Source: Vicugna vicugna
Taxonomy: Eukaryota
Direction: 5' to 3'
NCBI GenBank assembly: GCA_013265495.1
Contig: MU058718.1
Coordinates: forward strand, 4,485,648 to 4,549,647
DNA: 64,000 bases
In this document: positions 1 to 13,446 of the stretch, in pieces
Position numbering within the stretch: position 1 is the first letter of the stretch
Layout of the letters: each line of letters opens with the position of its first letter
Notes under the pieces: generated by a model
What the model saw: the letters and a program-made list of their open reading frames with translations, nothing else
Database searches by the model: none
What the model was told of the DNA's origin: nothing
Made by a program: the position numbers and the translations under genes

Positions 1-640
1 CTTAATTTTATATTTTATGTAATTTTGATACTGTTACAATAAAATTATGGTAAAGTTTAGAATGTTCTAAGTTTCTATTTTATGAAAGCTTTGTATTAAC
101 TTACAATAAACATGATGGTACCCTATGAAGTTTTATAGGAAAAATTTTTCTACACAGTCTTTTAAGAAAAATATGAAATTGTAAAAATATATAACTTAAG
201 TATACATGTGCATTTAAAAATTAAAGTTTCATTATTTCTGTACTAGTCATATGCTAATGTTCACCATAAGAATCCTAATATATTCAGTAATGTCAAATTG
301 TTTAAATTTCAAGTCACAGAACTTATTGATAGTGAAAACCTTTGTTTCAGGATAGTACTATGATATTCATTACATAATTACCTTTTGGCCCTAAAAATTT
401 AAATGTGTTAAATAAAGCCTATAGTTTTTACATTTAGGAGACATAATATTTACTTTGAAGCAACATGTTTTGCTTGTTTGGGTGTAATCACTCAACACCA
501 CCCCTCTAGGTTTTAGTTTATGGCATGGAGATAACCCAGAAATGAATCTGAATGACAGGAAATGGGTAAAGGTATAAAGAGCATTTCAGATATAGGAGGA
601 ATCTCATTACAAAAAGCCTGGAATGGAAGGTATTTCTTTT

Positions 641-749
641 GTGGGGGGTGGTAATTAGGTTTGTTTGTTTAATTGGAGGTACTAGGGATTGAATCCAGGA
701 CCTTGTGCATGCTAAACATGCACTTTACCACTGAGATATGCCCTGCCCC
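641..749 (-). mobile_element. tRNA-derived SINE (camelid Vic-1-like)
   Basis: Reverse strand has a tRNA-like head (TCAGTGGTAAAGTG...GGATTCAATCCC) and the ...AAACCTAATTACC tail shared with other copies in the window. Confidence 0.8.
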
Positions 750-3509
750 GCCAGAAGATATTTTTTCAAAGAAAATTAGCTTTTTGTGGAAGAGACATTG
801 ATAAAAAAGAAAAGTGAGGCATTGAAGGAAAATTTCTCAAGATATTTTATCTGAATGTTGTGATAAGTGAATTAGTGCTTAAGGATGAACTGGTAATTTG
901 AGATGTGGTTTGAGGATGGAAACTTTGGGGAGAACGTTAGAGAAGCCTGATGTTCAAAGAATAAGATTTAGCTTTAATTTCAAGAATAGTCTGGAAAAAT
1001 TGAAGCTATAGATGAAACAACTTAGAAAGGCATAGTTCAAAAGCTACTAGTTGCTTGGAAAAATTTACAATTTTGGGCCTTGAAAGTGGTAGTGAAACAG
1101 ACGCTGCAAGGTTGCTGGTCCAGTTACGAGAACCACAGAGCTACATCTGAAAGATTTTTTAAGCAACACATTTAAAGCCTAGAAAGACAGGGTGCATTTA
1201 GGGGTTAGCAACTGAAGTGAGATGAAGCAAAGCAGTTAACAAGGAGCCGGTAAGTTGCCAGAGCCAGGCAACAAGGATTAGAGTAAGATGAGATAGGAAC
1301 TAGAACCAGGTGGGGATCAGCCCCCGCTAGAAAAGGAAAGGAAGCTGAGGTCTGGAAAAGGGGTAGCAGAGGAGCAGCAGTGAAAGGGGCTGCTGGACTT
1401 CTGCTGCAGGGAAGGTCAGGTGGTGTGCGCCCTACTTGGTGTTTCATCAGCTGACCTCACCACAGAAATCTGGGCATGAGGCACCATCATGTGACAATAT
1501 GTACCTTACCGTTAGGGGCCAGGTAGATCACACAAGACAAGAGTGGGTTAAGATTTCTCTGCTATGAGAAAAGCCAAGTTGGTCTCAGTGTGGGGAGACC
1601 ACGGAAAGCGCCAGGGACTGGGCAGACTGGAGCACCCAGGCCCACCTCACGGCCATCCTGCTGCTGACCCGCTTCAGCCAGTGGTAGCCTACGTGGCCTC
1701 ACTGGAGAAATCTGCACTTTCATCCTGATTTTCCAAACACTGTAGACTACTTTAAACCACAGCTTATCCCCAAAGATGTGATTACAGACTGGCTTGTGCC
1801 CACGAACTGCTGCTTTCTCTGCCTTAGCAAAGAATTTAATCATGTTTTCTAAAATCTCTCTACTAAGTAAGATGAGCTGGGTCCCAGTCGTTGTAGAATT
1901 TACTGTCCTCTAACGGTGGTAAAGGACAGCTCAGAGAGGCAGAGTAAAATAAAAATGGGGTGTTTCATTCTGACCCTGTGCACGTTCGTGTGTTTTCTGT
2001 GCAGTCTAGGCCCCACCAACCGAATTCATCCAGTAAAGCTCCACTTTTATTCTTACACCTTGGGCTTCATTTTTAGGCAGGCCTTCTGAATAAAAAAGGT
2101 GGGGGGAATGGTTGTGAATCTCTGTTCTGATTCTTTAATGCCTGCAGGAAATGTTTACTGCTTATTATTAACTGCAGCGTAATCCCCATTAGGTTTACCA
2201 TTACCTTTAATTTATATAGGGAGCTTAAATAAGTTGTCCAAGGTCACAGAGCTGGTGAAGGGCAGAGCCGAGTTGACCCAGGTTATTTAGAGCCCCAGCA
2301 CCACCCATCTCCGACTGTCACACCTCCCTGTACCTCCTAACTGAACAGTTACCCTCCCCAGTCCACACTACTGAAGCTATACAAGATCATCTGTCTAGAG
2401 CTGTGCTTTAAACTGAGGGGTAAGCCCATTAGTGGATTAAAATTAGTGGGTTACAGAAACCTAGAAAATTTTGCTGTATTAAGTATTATTTCCCGATACT
2501 GTTGTTTCAGTTATGTGATAGGAGTTGGCATGTTCCATCAGAGCTGTCTGACTTGCTTGTCATGAAGTCTCAGGCCATCTACTCTAGCCCTTTACTTTCC
2601 AGCAGAGTTGTCTTCTTGCTGGCATTTGAAAAAGATCCCAAGTGCAATGTTATGGAAGGATAAGGTAAAGGAGTTGACTCTAAGGGGTTGATGACAGATA
2701 ATGGCCTTAACACACAAAAGGCATTCATATTTTAGTAAAAACAGCCTTTCCTCAATGGATGAATTTCAGGCAAGAGATCATTTGTTTGGGGCATCCTTTT
2801 CCACAACTCCACAATGTCTTTTCCTAAACAGGTTCTTTGGGGAAAGGTACTGTCACATAGTAAGAAACTTGGCAAGATGGAGGGCATGGATCTATCTTAG
2901 AGATGCTAATGAAAATTAAGAGCCCTCTAACTCAGAAAAACCCACACGCATGAGCCTGCCCCCACACAGTATTTCACATATAATTTAGAGGGTTCAGGAA
3001 CCCTGAAGACCATGCTCATTTCCAAATAGCCAGGTGTGGTCTGTTGTCATTTGTGTAGTATGATGCGTTCACGTGTGGAAATGCCTTTGAGATGACACTT
3101 GTCCTGAATCTTGAAGTTACAAAGGTAACTCAAAATAAGTTGAAACCTGTCACTGGGTATGTTCACTGACACCAGGGTCATGACAGAAAAGGATGAAACT
3201 TTATACATCCTTCACATGCTTTAAAGATCTACAACATCTCATGCCTCAGAGCCATTTCAGATGAAAATCTTTAAGACCTAAATGATAGAATATTTTATAA
3301 CTTTTTATTAACAAGTTCATAATAGAAAAACTAGGAGATAGAAGCAATCATTAAGAAAAAAGTTTTAATGACCTGCAATTCTACCACCAGAGATAATGTT
3401 AATATTTTGGTATATATCCTTCCAGATGTTTCTCTATGTGTACTTTTTTCCCTGTAAAAAATATTTCGGAATCGTACAATACATTCTAAACTTGCTTTTT
3501 CCTTTACTG

Positions 3510-4380
3510 TGCTATATTCATTCACTATATATCTGAGTGCCTAATATGTTCCAGGTACTGGGGGACTGAGTAGTAAAGCAGAAAGGCAAGGTGCTCGCCT
3601 TCATGATGCTCTCCTTTAAATGGGACAAGCCACCCTTTAGAACAAGAAAACACCAAACATGAACCATGGTGAAAACGAAAATCGTATGGGCAATTTTAGA
3701 TGAAGCACTGGAGCTGGGTGAAGCATGATAGAGAGTCACTAAGGTGACATTCAAGTTCTTGAGATTCAAAGGCCTGAGCACAGGCTGCCCAGGAGCAGTG
3801 AGTGTCCGCCACTGAGGCTGAAGTAAAGTGAATGATGGGGGCAGGGGGAGATGTGGAATTCAGTGGTGAGTATGGGAGGGTTAGGGATCAAGGCATGATG
3901 GGCCTTGCAGACACAAGTAAAGAATCTGGATGTGGGACTACTGGAAGGTGTTCAGCAAATCTGGTTTTAAAGATCACTAAGGCTAGTGTGTGGAGAAGAG
4001 ATCGTACAAAGGGAAGAGCTGCAGAGGAAACCAGTCAGGAAGCTATCGTAGAAGACCGCAATGAAGTGGCTCAGACCACACAGGGAATCAAGTGGATCTA
4101 TTTGGGGTAGGAGGAAACAACAGGACTGGGTAACTGAGCGGCCGGGCAGGGGTGGGGAAAGAGGAATCAAGGTTACACTCAGGTTTTAAACTTAAGCAGT
4201 TGGGTGGATGGTACTATTTACTGATGCTGGGGAAATAATAGGTTTGAGGGGGAAAAATCAAGATTTCTATTTTTGAGATGTCTATCGAACAGCCAGGTGG
4301 AGGTATCTAGTAGGCAATGGCTGAGTCTAGAGTTTAGTAGTCAGGTCTAAGTGGATAAAAGATTTTGGAGTCACGAGTCT
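3510..4380 (+). repeat. Ancient LINE2-like fragment
   Basis: cattcattcac start and purine-rich L2 3'-end-like wording; recognised by eye, boundaries and strand approximate. Confidence 0.55.
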
Positions 4381-4632
4381 CATTCCACATGGTTTTCCTG
4401 AAGGCAAAGGGTTTTTGTCTAGGAGTACATTTAGAAATGTGTAAAGTGAAGTATAAGATTTATTTAAAAGTCCCCTATCATCAGTGTACATACAGCTCAA
4501 TGAATTTTCAAATGGCACACCCTGTCACCAATACCAAGATTAAGAAACAGAACATTATGCTTGCACCAGAAACTCACTCCTGCTCCCCTCTAATCACAAC
4601 ACCCTACTTCCACTCAAAAGGATAGTCACCAG

Positions 4633-4744
4633 GGGGGAACGATATAGCTCAGTGGTAGAGCGCATGCTTCACATGCAAGAGATCCTGGGTTCAATCCCCA
4701 GCACCTCCATGAAAAATAAGTAAACAAACCTAAATGACCCCCAT
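4633..4744 (+). mobile_element. tRNA-derived SINE (Vic-1-like) with 17-bp TSD
   Basis: TATAGCTCAGTGGTAGAGCGC (A box) and GGTTCAATCCC (B box); flanks aaaaggatagtcaccag (4616-4632) and aaaaggatcatcaccag (4745-4761). Confidence 0.88.
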
Positions 4745-6702
4745 AAAAGGATCATCACCAGCCTGACTTCTAACAGTGAGATTTAGTTTGCCAGATTCCA
4801 TTTATTATATAATGGAATCATATGCAATGTATTATTTTGCATCTGTTTTCTTTCATGTTATATTAGTGATACTCATCCGCAATGTTCATTCATGTGCATT
4901 GTATGAATATACACATTTTATTTATCCATTCTATTATTGATGGGAGTTTGGGTAGTTTCCACTATTTATCTATTACAAACAGTGCTGTTATGAATATACA
5001 AATTCTAGTACAGGTTTTTTTATAGGATATGTATGTGTTTTTGTTGGGTATATATAAGTAAGGACTAGAATTTCTTAGTCATAAGATACACTTGGTATTC
5101 AATGGCAACTTTCCAAAGTGACTGACCCAATTTATACTTCCAGCAGTATGAATGCCAGGTGCTTCATGTGCTTGGAGCACAATGACTGTTTTGTTCCAGT
5201 GCCTAGAACAGTGCCTTAACTTACACACCTACCTATATATATAGTAGGCACAGTAAGTGAGCAATAAGTATCTCTTGAAAAAACAAATCTGAACATAGAT
5301 GGCATTTTAAGCTGTGGGCTCGAATAAGATCATATTTGAAGAAACATGATTAGATAAGAGGGCTGATGAACAAGCCCTGGAGAACTGGCAGAAGAGGAGC
5401 AAGTAAATGAGGAAGAAAATAGGAGCACACAGAGTTCCGTAAACCAAGAAAAACGTGGTTACAAGGAAAGGGCAGTCAACTGCTCTGGATGCTGCCAAGA
5501 GATCAAAAGATGAGGGCAGAGCTTGGGAAAGGAGAAGAGTCAGGAATTCTGTTTTCGGTCATTCTAAGTCTGAAGGGGACATTACATCATTCAATTGGAG
5601 ACCTCAAATGGGCAATAGGCAATGGGATATAGGTGTCTGAAGTTTAGAACCTGGCGTTTGTGAGCATAAATATCTTTGTGAAGGAGAGTAATTGGAGAAG
5701 AGACAGGGTCCCGGCCTTAAGGTACTTCCACATAGAAGCTGAACACAAACATCCGCAGAACTGACTATGCAGTGTCAAGCAGCTGATAAGATAGGAGAGA
5801 AACCTGGATGGTATCTGGTCACTGATGTATGCCAACATTAATTGTGTTAAATGTTGCTGAGAGTTTCAACAAAATGAGAACAGAAGAATGATCTCTGGAT
5901 TTAACAACTACCAATTAATAACTACCCCAGTCAATAAATATTCTTCTGTAACATCAGTTTGAATGACTGCATAGAATCCCATTGTATAGCTGTACCAACC
6001 AATCTCATGGTTGAAATCTTAGATTCTTCCCACCCAAACCTTTAGAATCGTAATGTTGCCTTGAGCATGCTCTTATGAGATGGAATTGCTGGATCACAAA
6101 AATATGCACATTCTAAAGGCTTTTTACACAGCTACCAAACTACTCTCTAGAAAGGCTTTATTAAAATCTACTTCCAACCCAAATACAGTAATTGTTAAAA
6201 AAACAAAAAAGCTGTACATTTTGATAGGTGATATGTGGTATCATATATTTACATTTTTATTATTAATGAAGTCATAAGTTTACTGATATTAGTTATTTAT
6301 GAATAGCCTGTCCATATCTCTTGCCCCGAATGAGAGCTGTTAACTGGGCAAAATGGTGAAATATCTACAAGATTGAAATGCTGGTTTGGTGAAGTGAATA
6401 AAGCAGATAAACAGGTTGGAATCACAACGTGTGAATGCATTGTGACTTTGGCCAAGTAACTTCTCAGGTCCTATGTTCTTGTCTGTGAAATAGAGATCAG
6501 GTCTACCTTGAAGTGTTACGAACAATGAATACCGTACATAAATGCTGGAAATTATGACAATTATTATGATGGTTATTCTGCAGAAGTAACTGCACCATGG
6601 CACGGGAATCTAAAAAACGCAGAATGTTAGTCTGAAGAAACTAAGGCTATTTCTGGCATTTCCATCAACTCTATTCCTGCCCCTCCCCCGGATGTTGGCG
6701 GT

Positions 6703-6716
6703 GTCACCATGGCAAC
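6703..6716. promoter_or_regulatory. RFX X-box in the DNAAF2 promoter
   Basis: GTCACCATGGCAAC matches GTNRCC-N(0-3)-RGYAAC; about 150 bp upstream of the conserved DNAAF2 ATG, at the CpG-island edge. Confidence 0.8.
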
Positions 6717-6864
6717 GAGCACGCGCTACCCAAGGCTCAATTCTCTAGCGGTTACGGACCTCGACCGCCTCACTCTCCGCAAACCTGCGACTCCACGGCG
6801 CACGCTACCCACTCGGCCTCGGAGCCATCTCCCTGGACCCCAGGGCAAGGAGCCGAGGGGCAGC

Positions 6865-8685
6865 ATGGCCAAGGCGGCAGCTTCTTCGCCGCTGGAAGAT
6901 TTGGACCTGAGCGGAGAGGAGGTCCAGCGGCTCACCTCCGCCTTCCAGGACCCGGAGTTCCGGCGAATGTTCTCCCAATACGCCGAGGAGCTCACAGACC
7001 CCGAGAACCGGCGGCGCTACGAGGAGGAAATCACGGCGCTGGAGCGTGAGCGCGGAGTGGAGGTGCGGTTCGTGCACCCGGAGCCGGGCCACGTTTTGCG
7101 CACAAGCCTGGACGGGACCCAGCGCTGCTTCGTGAACGTGTGCGGTAACGCGCTGGTGGGCGCGCCCAGCAGCCGGCCCGGCTCCGAGGGCGCAGCTTCC
7201 GGCAGCCAGTGGTCTCTGCCGTACAGCCTGGCGCCCGGCCGCGAGTACGCGGGGGGCCGCGGCACCCGCTACACCGTCTACGATGTGGTCTTCCACCCAG
7301 ACGCGCTCGCGATGGCCCGGCGCCATCAGCGCTTCCGCCAGATGCTAGACGCCACGGCCCTGGAGGCTGTGGAGCAGCAGTTCGGCGTGAAACTGGACCG
7401 CAGGAATGCCAAGACCCTGAAGATCAAGTACAAGGGGACCCCGGAGGCCGCCGTGCTGCGCACGCCCCTACCCGGGGGAGCTCCGGCCCGGCCCGAGGGG
7501 GAGCCGGAGAGCCCTCTCCTAGATTTTCCCTACCCCTACCGGCGCCCCGCGGCCTCCGGGAACGCTGCGGTCCCCCCGCCCCAGGCGCCCTCCTCTCCGG
7601 AGGCGGTCCGGCAGCCCGCCCCTACTGAGCCTCGCTACAGCGTGGTGCAGCGCCACCACGTGGATCTCCAGGATTACCGCTGCTCTCGGGACTCGGCCCC
7701 CAGCACCGTGCCCCACGAGCTGGCGGTCACCATCGAGCTGCCGCTGCTGCGCTCGGCCGAACAGGCGGCGCTGGAGGTGACGGAAAAGCTGCTGTGCCTC
7801 GACTCGAGGAAACCCGACTACCGGCTGCGGCTCTCGCTCCCGTACCCGGTGGATGAGAGCCGAGGCAAGGCGCAGTTCAACAAGGCCCGGCGGCAGCTGG
7901 TGGTCACGCTGCCCGTGGCACTCTCCGCCACACGCCCGGAGCGCGCCGCGACCGCTGAAGAGGCCGCCCACCCGCCCGGAAGTGACGGCGCGGCCTGCGC
8001 TTCCGCTCGCCTGGGGGAGGCGGGACCCCCGGGGGTTCGTGCCGGGGACAGAGGCTCGGATCCCAGCCGGGCCGGGGCTGCAGACGCCGGGATCACCACC
8101 CGGGACGCCGCCGGGGAGGGCATCGTCTCAGAACCGGAGGAGCGGGATTTCGGCCGGAAAGCGAGATCAACAACGGGCATCGGGGAGGAGCCGCCTCCCG
8201 GAGCCAAAAGCTCACCTGGGGACGGCGGCGGAGGCTCTCCTTGTACTTCTTCCGGGGACCTTGACACGGCGTCTTCCGCAGCAAGCGGGAGTGCGTGCGG
8301 AGCTGTCAGCGTTGAGGCGCCCGTGGCCCGGGAAGCTGATCGAGCCATGGGTGGTCGCGGGACCGACCTCCGGGAAACTTTGTGTCCGCCTTTGCAGTGT
8401 AATCAGGATGAGGAATCCCTGACTCTGCTAATACAAGTGCCTTGGATCCAGCCGCAAAGTCTTCAAGGGGAAGTGACCTCCCTCTGGTACAAATTGTGCT
8501 TCTCCACCCAAGATTTAGTCTATTATTCCTTCTTTTTGAAATTTGCTCCAGAGAATAAATTGAGTACCAAAGAACCAGTGGTTAGCATTTCCTCAAACAA
8601 TGCAGTGATAGAACTGGCCAAATCTCCAGAGTGCCATGGACATTGGAGAGAGTGGTATTATGGTTTAAACAACGATTCTCTGGAG
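6865..8685 (+). CDS. DNAAF2: Dynein axonemal assembly factor 2 (kintoun), coding exon 1 of 3
   Basis: MAKAAASSPLEDLDLSGEEVQRLTSAFQDPEFRRMF..., PIH1/CS-domain kintoun sequence; donor GAG|gtaac at 8685/8686; 607 codons, phase 0; CpG island. Confidence 0.96.
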
Positions 8686-9704
8686 GTAACAGTTCTTTCT
8701 AGAGTCTTAATATTCGAAACATTCTACCCCAATTTCAAAATTTGCTATTACAGACATCCTTTCAGCTTAACCTAAACAAGGGATTTTCCTTCATAACTCT
8801 TTCGTGATGACTTGAAATTGGTAACACCTGATGACAGACGTCAGTGCGCGTTAAACGCATATTGAAAAAAAGAAAAAACTTACCGCATCCCCTGTGGTGG
8901 CTGAGTTTCAAATCTTCAAAGTTGCCCTTTAATGCAGTTGTTTCCTTGGAGTTCACTTACTCCGAAGGAAGATATGAATGGATTCTCAGGAATCCGGAAA
9001 CTTATAAAATAGTATACAAAAAGTTGAGGGTGCCTTCTTCCGGGGAGAAGGGCTATATAACTTTAGTCACATTCCAAAAGGATCTGACACAAATAGGTAT
9101 AAGAGACATTATATTACGGCCATATTTTAAATTGGTAAATAGCTTTCCCCAACCTTAGAAAGTAAATAATAGTCTACTGCTGGAGAGCAGAAGTAACTTA
9201 TTTAGTGCCACTTCGTTCTTTTGGAGGAAAACGAACTCAGACCCAGGTGTGAATCTAAATCCATTGCCCTTTCGGCCACATGGTGCTGCTTAATTTTAGT
9301 CGCTGATGTTGGTAGGGTTGACCTCTGGTGGGCGTTATGTTACATTGCAGTGATCTCTTTTTGCATCTGTTTTAATCATCTTTAGGTCCCTGCTAGTATT
9401 TGGCACAATGGCTGGCATTTAACAGTGTTATATGAACTTTGGCACCAACATCAGCGACATCTCTTTTGGACAAAAACTGGGGCTGGGCATTGTCAAGTTT
9501 ACCTAGACAATGAGTATAATTCTGATGAATAATTTAGTATGTCCTTTGTAGTTCCTACTGTACTTTTCAGATTATTGAAGTTCTTGAATTTCAGATTAAG
9601 TACTCCAGTATTATTGGCAAATATTGGGAGAAAAGCTACTTAAAATTTGAATTTCTGTAGAACTTTTTAAACGCATAAATGAACAATTAGTTGGTAGTTT
9701 TCTT

Positions 9705-9831
9705 TTTCTTTTTTTTTTTTCTTGGAGGGGGGAGGTAATTAGGTTTATTTATTTGATGATGGTACTGGGGATTGAACCCAGGACCTTGTGCGTGCTAAGC
9801 ATGTCCTCTACCACTGAGCTATAGCCTCCCG
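9705..9831 (-). mobile_element. tRNA-derived SINE (Vic-1-like) in DNAAF2 intron 1
   Basis: poly-T, ggaggtaattaggtttatt, ggggattgaacccagg...ccactgagctata; gtagtttt on both flanks. Confidence 0.85.
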
Positions 9832-11905
9832 CAAAGTAGTTTTTTTTTTAAATTCATAGTTTTGATTGAGGTTTGTATAAATGTTACACGTACTTTTTTT
9901 TTTTTTTTTTTTTTTTTTAGTTCTTTTAACTTAGTCAAAGGTTAAATTCCCCATATTTCCAACACTAGTTGCACAGATTACATATTAAAGACTGTTTTTG
10001 GCCTTGGGCTTTAACTTGCCAAAAAATTTCACTTGTGTTTTTCTAGAAATTTGCTAGTAGGTAAATTTTTATTATGTGTATATTCTGTGAGAAGTGGTTA
10101 TTTTGAAACCCTCCAAAAATGGTACAGTGCCATTTTATGTATAAAGAATGTATAATATGAAATTGACTATGTTTATGTCATCAAAGGGGGAAATTTAGGA
10201 AAGGGCTGTCGTTTTCCTGTAATTGTTTTAATAAATGTGAAAATAACTCACAATGTGGGTGAAAAGCTTTATGGACAAGCATTTGAGAGAATGCTAAAGA
10301 ATATATTTTAATCTGGTTTTCTAATATGCCAACCTTATTTTAGCAAAGAAACTAGACCAAAATGGGATTAGGACAACTGTATCCTCTATCTTTGAAGCCT
10401 GAAGTAGATTTATAATTACTTCATTAATCATCCCATTTGCTGAGCCTGAAGGAACTATAATGTTCAATATTTTTCTCTTTATGTTTCACTGGCAGGCTGT
10501 AAGTATTACAATAATTTTTTTTTAAAATCACTTGAGTATTTTATGGGTAGACATTTATAATGATTACATATATTATACAAAAATAACTATAAGGGAAGGA
10601 GACCGACTTGTGGCTGTCTAGATCAGAATTATTACTTTACATGTAAATAGGTACAAAATATATTTCTATAAGCCTTAAATATTCAGTAGGAATTTTCCTA
10701 GAGCTTTAGGACCAATGAATTCAATATCTTGTAGAGTAGAATATGAAGGCAAGTTTATGCAAATCCTTTGTATTTTTATTACAACCATTTTCATTATAAA
10801 TATTCCTCCCTGAGTTAACTAAACTATTTAGTACATTTTTTTTGCAGTTAATGTGTAAGTGTTTTCCAGAGACATGAACCTTAGAAATGCTTTTGATAGG
10901 GGTGTTTCTACAATACAGTGTTATTCTGGATCTTCAGATAATAGCAAGGCAAAATACTCCGTGTAATTTTTCTTTTACCAAGGTTCACTTTTATTTGGTA
11001 GGTGTTCACAAGTTTAAATACTGTTTAAGAGAAGGGAACTTGAAACTTGTCTCTTTGATTCCCCCCACCCATCCAGTTTGGACCAAATAATTAACTGTGT
11101 TTATTTGTAATTAATTTGTTTATATGAAAGTACAGAGGAAAATACTTTTATTTGGGGCAACAGTGAACTGACTTTATGAATTTTAAATGTGGTTATTTTT
11201 TCAAAGCCCTAACTATATCCCTATATTTACTTGACACATTTGAGTATGAACCAGTTGCTTTGTGTTTGGGATTCTGGTGAAAGTGATTTTTGCATATCCT
11301 AATAGCAGTTTGGAAATCTACCTCATTCTTATAAACAGCTATATGCTAGTGTCACAGTGGATTATCTCACTGCTTAAAAGTAGAATATACTTCTCTTAAA
11401 TAAAATATTACACTTGTCTCTTACCTGGCCAAGAACTAACAGGCAAACTAGTCACACAAAATTTGAATAGATACTGTCTTGTGTATCTTTAGCTGACTCA
11501 TTAGGAAGTGTTCTAAAATTGAATTACATTTTATAGCGTGGACTGCATTTATAACCTTAGAAGTGATGTTATTCTTACAGAATATTGAGAGAAAAACAAA
11601 GGAGAATAACATCTGTAACATCTGAAGGAGAGAAAACATACCTTAGGTTTAATAGAGACCTGGAAAAGGAAGTATAACTTTTTTCTTTTAGGGCCTTTTC
11701 CTATGTATGTATGACTCTTGCTATTCTTAGTGCTCTGTACAATACTCCGTTTGCTTTTGCCAAAGCAGCATAGGTATAACACATTAAAATAAGCATTTTA
11801 AAAGTATAATCCTGAACTGTGTGAAAATTTTTATGACCCATTTTTAGATACAAGTCTGTCAAGTATGACCGATATGGTAGAATATTTTTTCTCTTTTTAT
11901 TTTAG

Positions 11906-12049
11906 GAAAGGTTATTTGTTAATGAAGAAAATGTTAATGAGTTTCTTGAAGAGGTCCAGAGCTCTTCATCCAAACAGACAATGCCCCTAACGCCACCATT
12001 GATTGAAGTTCTTCAGATTACTGATAGTAAGATTGAAATACATGCAAAG
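11906..12049 (+). CDS. DNAAF2: DNAAF2 coding exon 2 (144 bp)
   Basis: tttttag|GAAAGG...GCAAAG|gtaag; translates ERLFVNEENVNEFLEEVQ...IEIHAK; phase 0/0. Confidence 0.94.
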
Positions 12050-12834
12050 GTAAGGATTTTGGTGGGCTCTAGAGAGTAGTGATTTGGGACAAGTTTGGAA
12101 CCTAACAAATAACTTAATTCTTGATCTCTTGATACCATAATTTTAAATTTACATCATGGTTGGGAAAAGTGGTATTAAGAGGAATAAAGTCTCTTTTAAT
12201 ATGTATTTTACTATGTGCTAAACATCTGCATTTCATTTTCACTTATGTTATCTCATTTAACCCCAAAATAACTATCCAGTGAGAAATAGAAACTAACGTT
12301 TGGGTGGTGTGTGAGTACTAGTCCAGAGACAAACAAATCTTTTTGACTCTCAAACCACAGAAACTATATCATAGTTTCTTCATTCTTTCTAGGTGAACCT
12401 TAAGTTTAGTTATTTTTATAGTCTTCAGTGTTGGACACAAATAATTTAGTAACTAGCACAACTGACTTTTTATATGTGAACTGGAGGGAAAGCGGCTCTG
12501 AAGAATCACAGAAATACAAGAAAATTCAAGAAATTCAAGAATGCCTTTCTAAGAATGGCTGCTAAGGGGTTTTATAGGCTATGTTAAAGAGTTTCGTAGG
12601 TGATTATTTTATCTTGAAGGAGACAAGGGGTAAATTAATCAGAGAATTAACATGAGGTTTCCACTATTAAAAAATGGCAGCATTTGGAGGATGACTTTGA
12701 GGAGGAAGCCCACCTACAGGCCTACCGGGTTATTCCTTCACAACTTTAAAAAAAAAAAAGAAGTTTCTAGAGGGTACAACTTAGTTTTCTATTTGTCTCA
12801 AAGAATTATTAATTTGCTCTTTTTTTTGACATAG

Positions 12835-13338
12835 TTGCAAAAATGTAGTACCTCTGAGCAGCTTCATGAAAAGGAAGAAAGAGTCAGTGAAGGTCATCTA
12901 ACTGAAAAAGAAAATCAAGAACATCCTACTACCTCAACAACCGATTCGGAGTCATCTGGAGCAGCTGAAGTACCAGAAGCAGCCAGGTGTGGTTCAGCTG
13001 CACGCTTGCAACAAGGGGCTCCTGATGTGCCTCAGAAGCTGCCTGCAGAGTCTCAGCAGCCTGAGTCAAACATGGAACCGAAATTTGAAAAAGAAAGAAG
13101 TGCTGTTCATGCAAGTGAAGAAAAAAATAATTTAAAAGAACCAGTAATAACTGAAGAGAAAGAATTAAATGGAGATCACTTATCTTCATTACTGAACAAA
13201 ACTGCAGTTCACAATACACCTGGTTTTGACAACATAAAGGAAACCAATATGCAGGATGGTAGTGTGCAGATTATCAAGGACCATGTGACTCATTGTTCAT
13301 TCAGTTTTCAGAATTCTTTGCTTTATGATTTGGATTAA
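12835..13338 (+). CDS. DNAAF2: DNAAF2 coding exon 3 (terminal)
   Basis: Polypyrimidine tract and atag|TTG acceptor; ends ...FSFQNSLLYDLD-TAA, the kintoun C-terminus. Confidence 0.95.
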   Translation: MQKCSTSEQLHEKEERVSEGHLTEKENQEHPTTSTTDSESSGAAEVPEAARCGSAARLQQGAPDVPQKLPAESQQPESNMEPKFEKERSAVHASEEKNNLKEPVITEEKELNGDHLSSLLNKTAVHNTPGFDNIKETNMQDGSVQIIKDHVTHCSFSFQNSLLYDLD

Positions 13339-13426
13339 TTGTATATAATTTTAGAATTTAAAGGCTGAGTAAAAATTTTTGGACTTAAAATAGATTCTGT
13401 TTACTATCTTAAGACCAAAGGTATTC

Positions 13427-13446
13427 AATAAAAGTATAAAATTAAA
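13427..13446 (+). terminator. DNAAF2 polyadenylation signals
   Basis: AATAAA 13427-13432 and ATTAAA 13441-13446, followed by GU/U-rich sequence. Confidence 0.7.

Noticed and set aside
1..600. 3' end of the upstream neighbour (POLE2 by recalled synteny)
   Set aside because: AT-rich with several AATAAA, but no coding exon is recognisable inside the window.
4633..4710. tRNA gene
   Set aside because: The tRNA-like head continues into the SINE tail, is flanked by a 17-bp TSD and has several diverged copies in the window.
6726..8422. Multiple 80-190 aa overlapping or antisense ORFs in DNAAF2 exon 1
   Set aside because: Expected from stop-codon scarcity in a CpG island; low-complexity Arg/Pro/Gly products.
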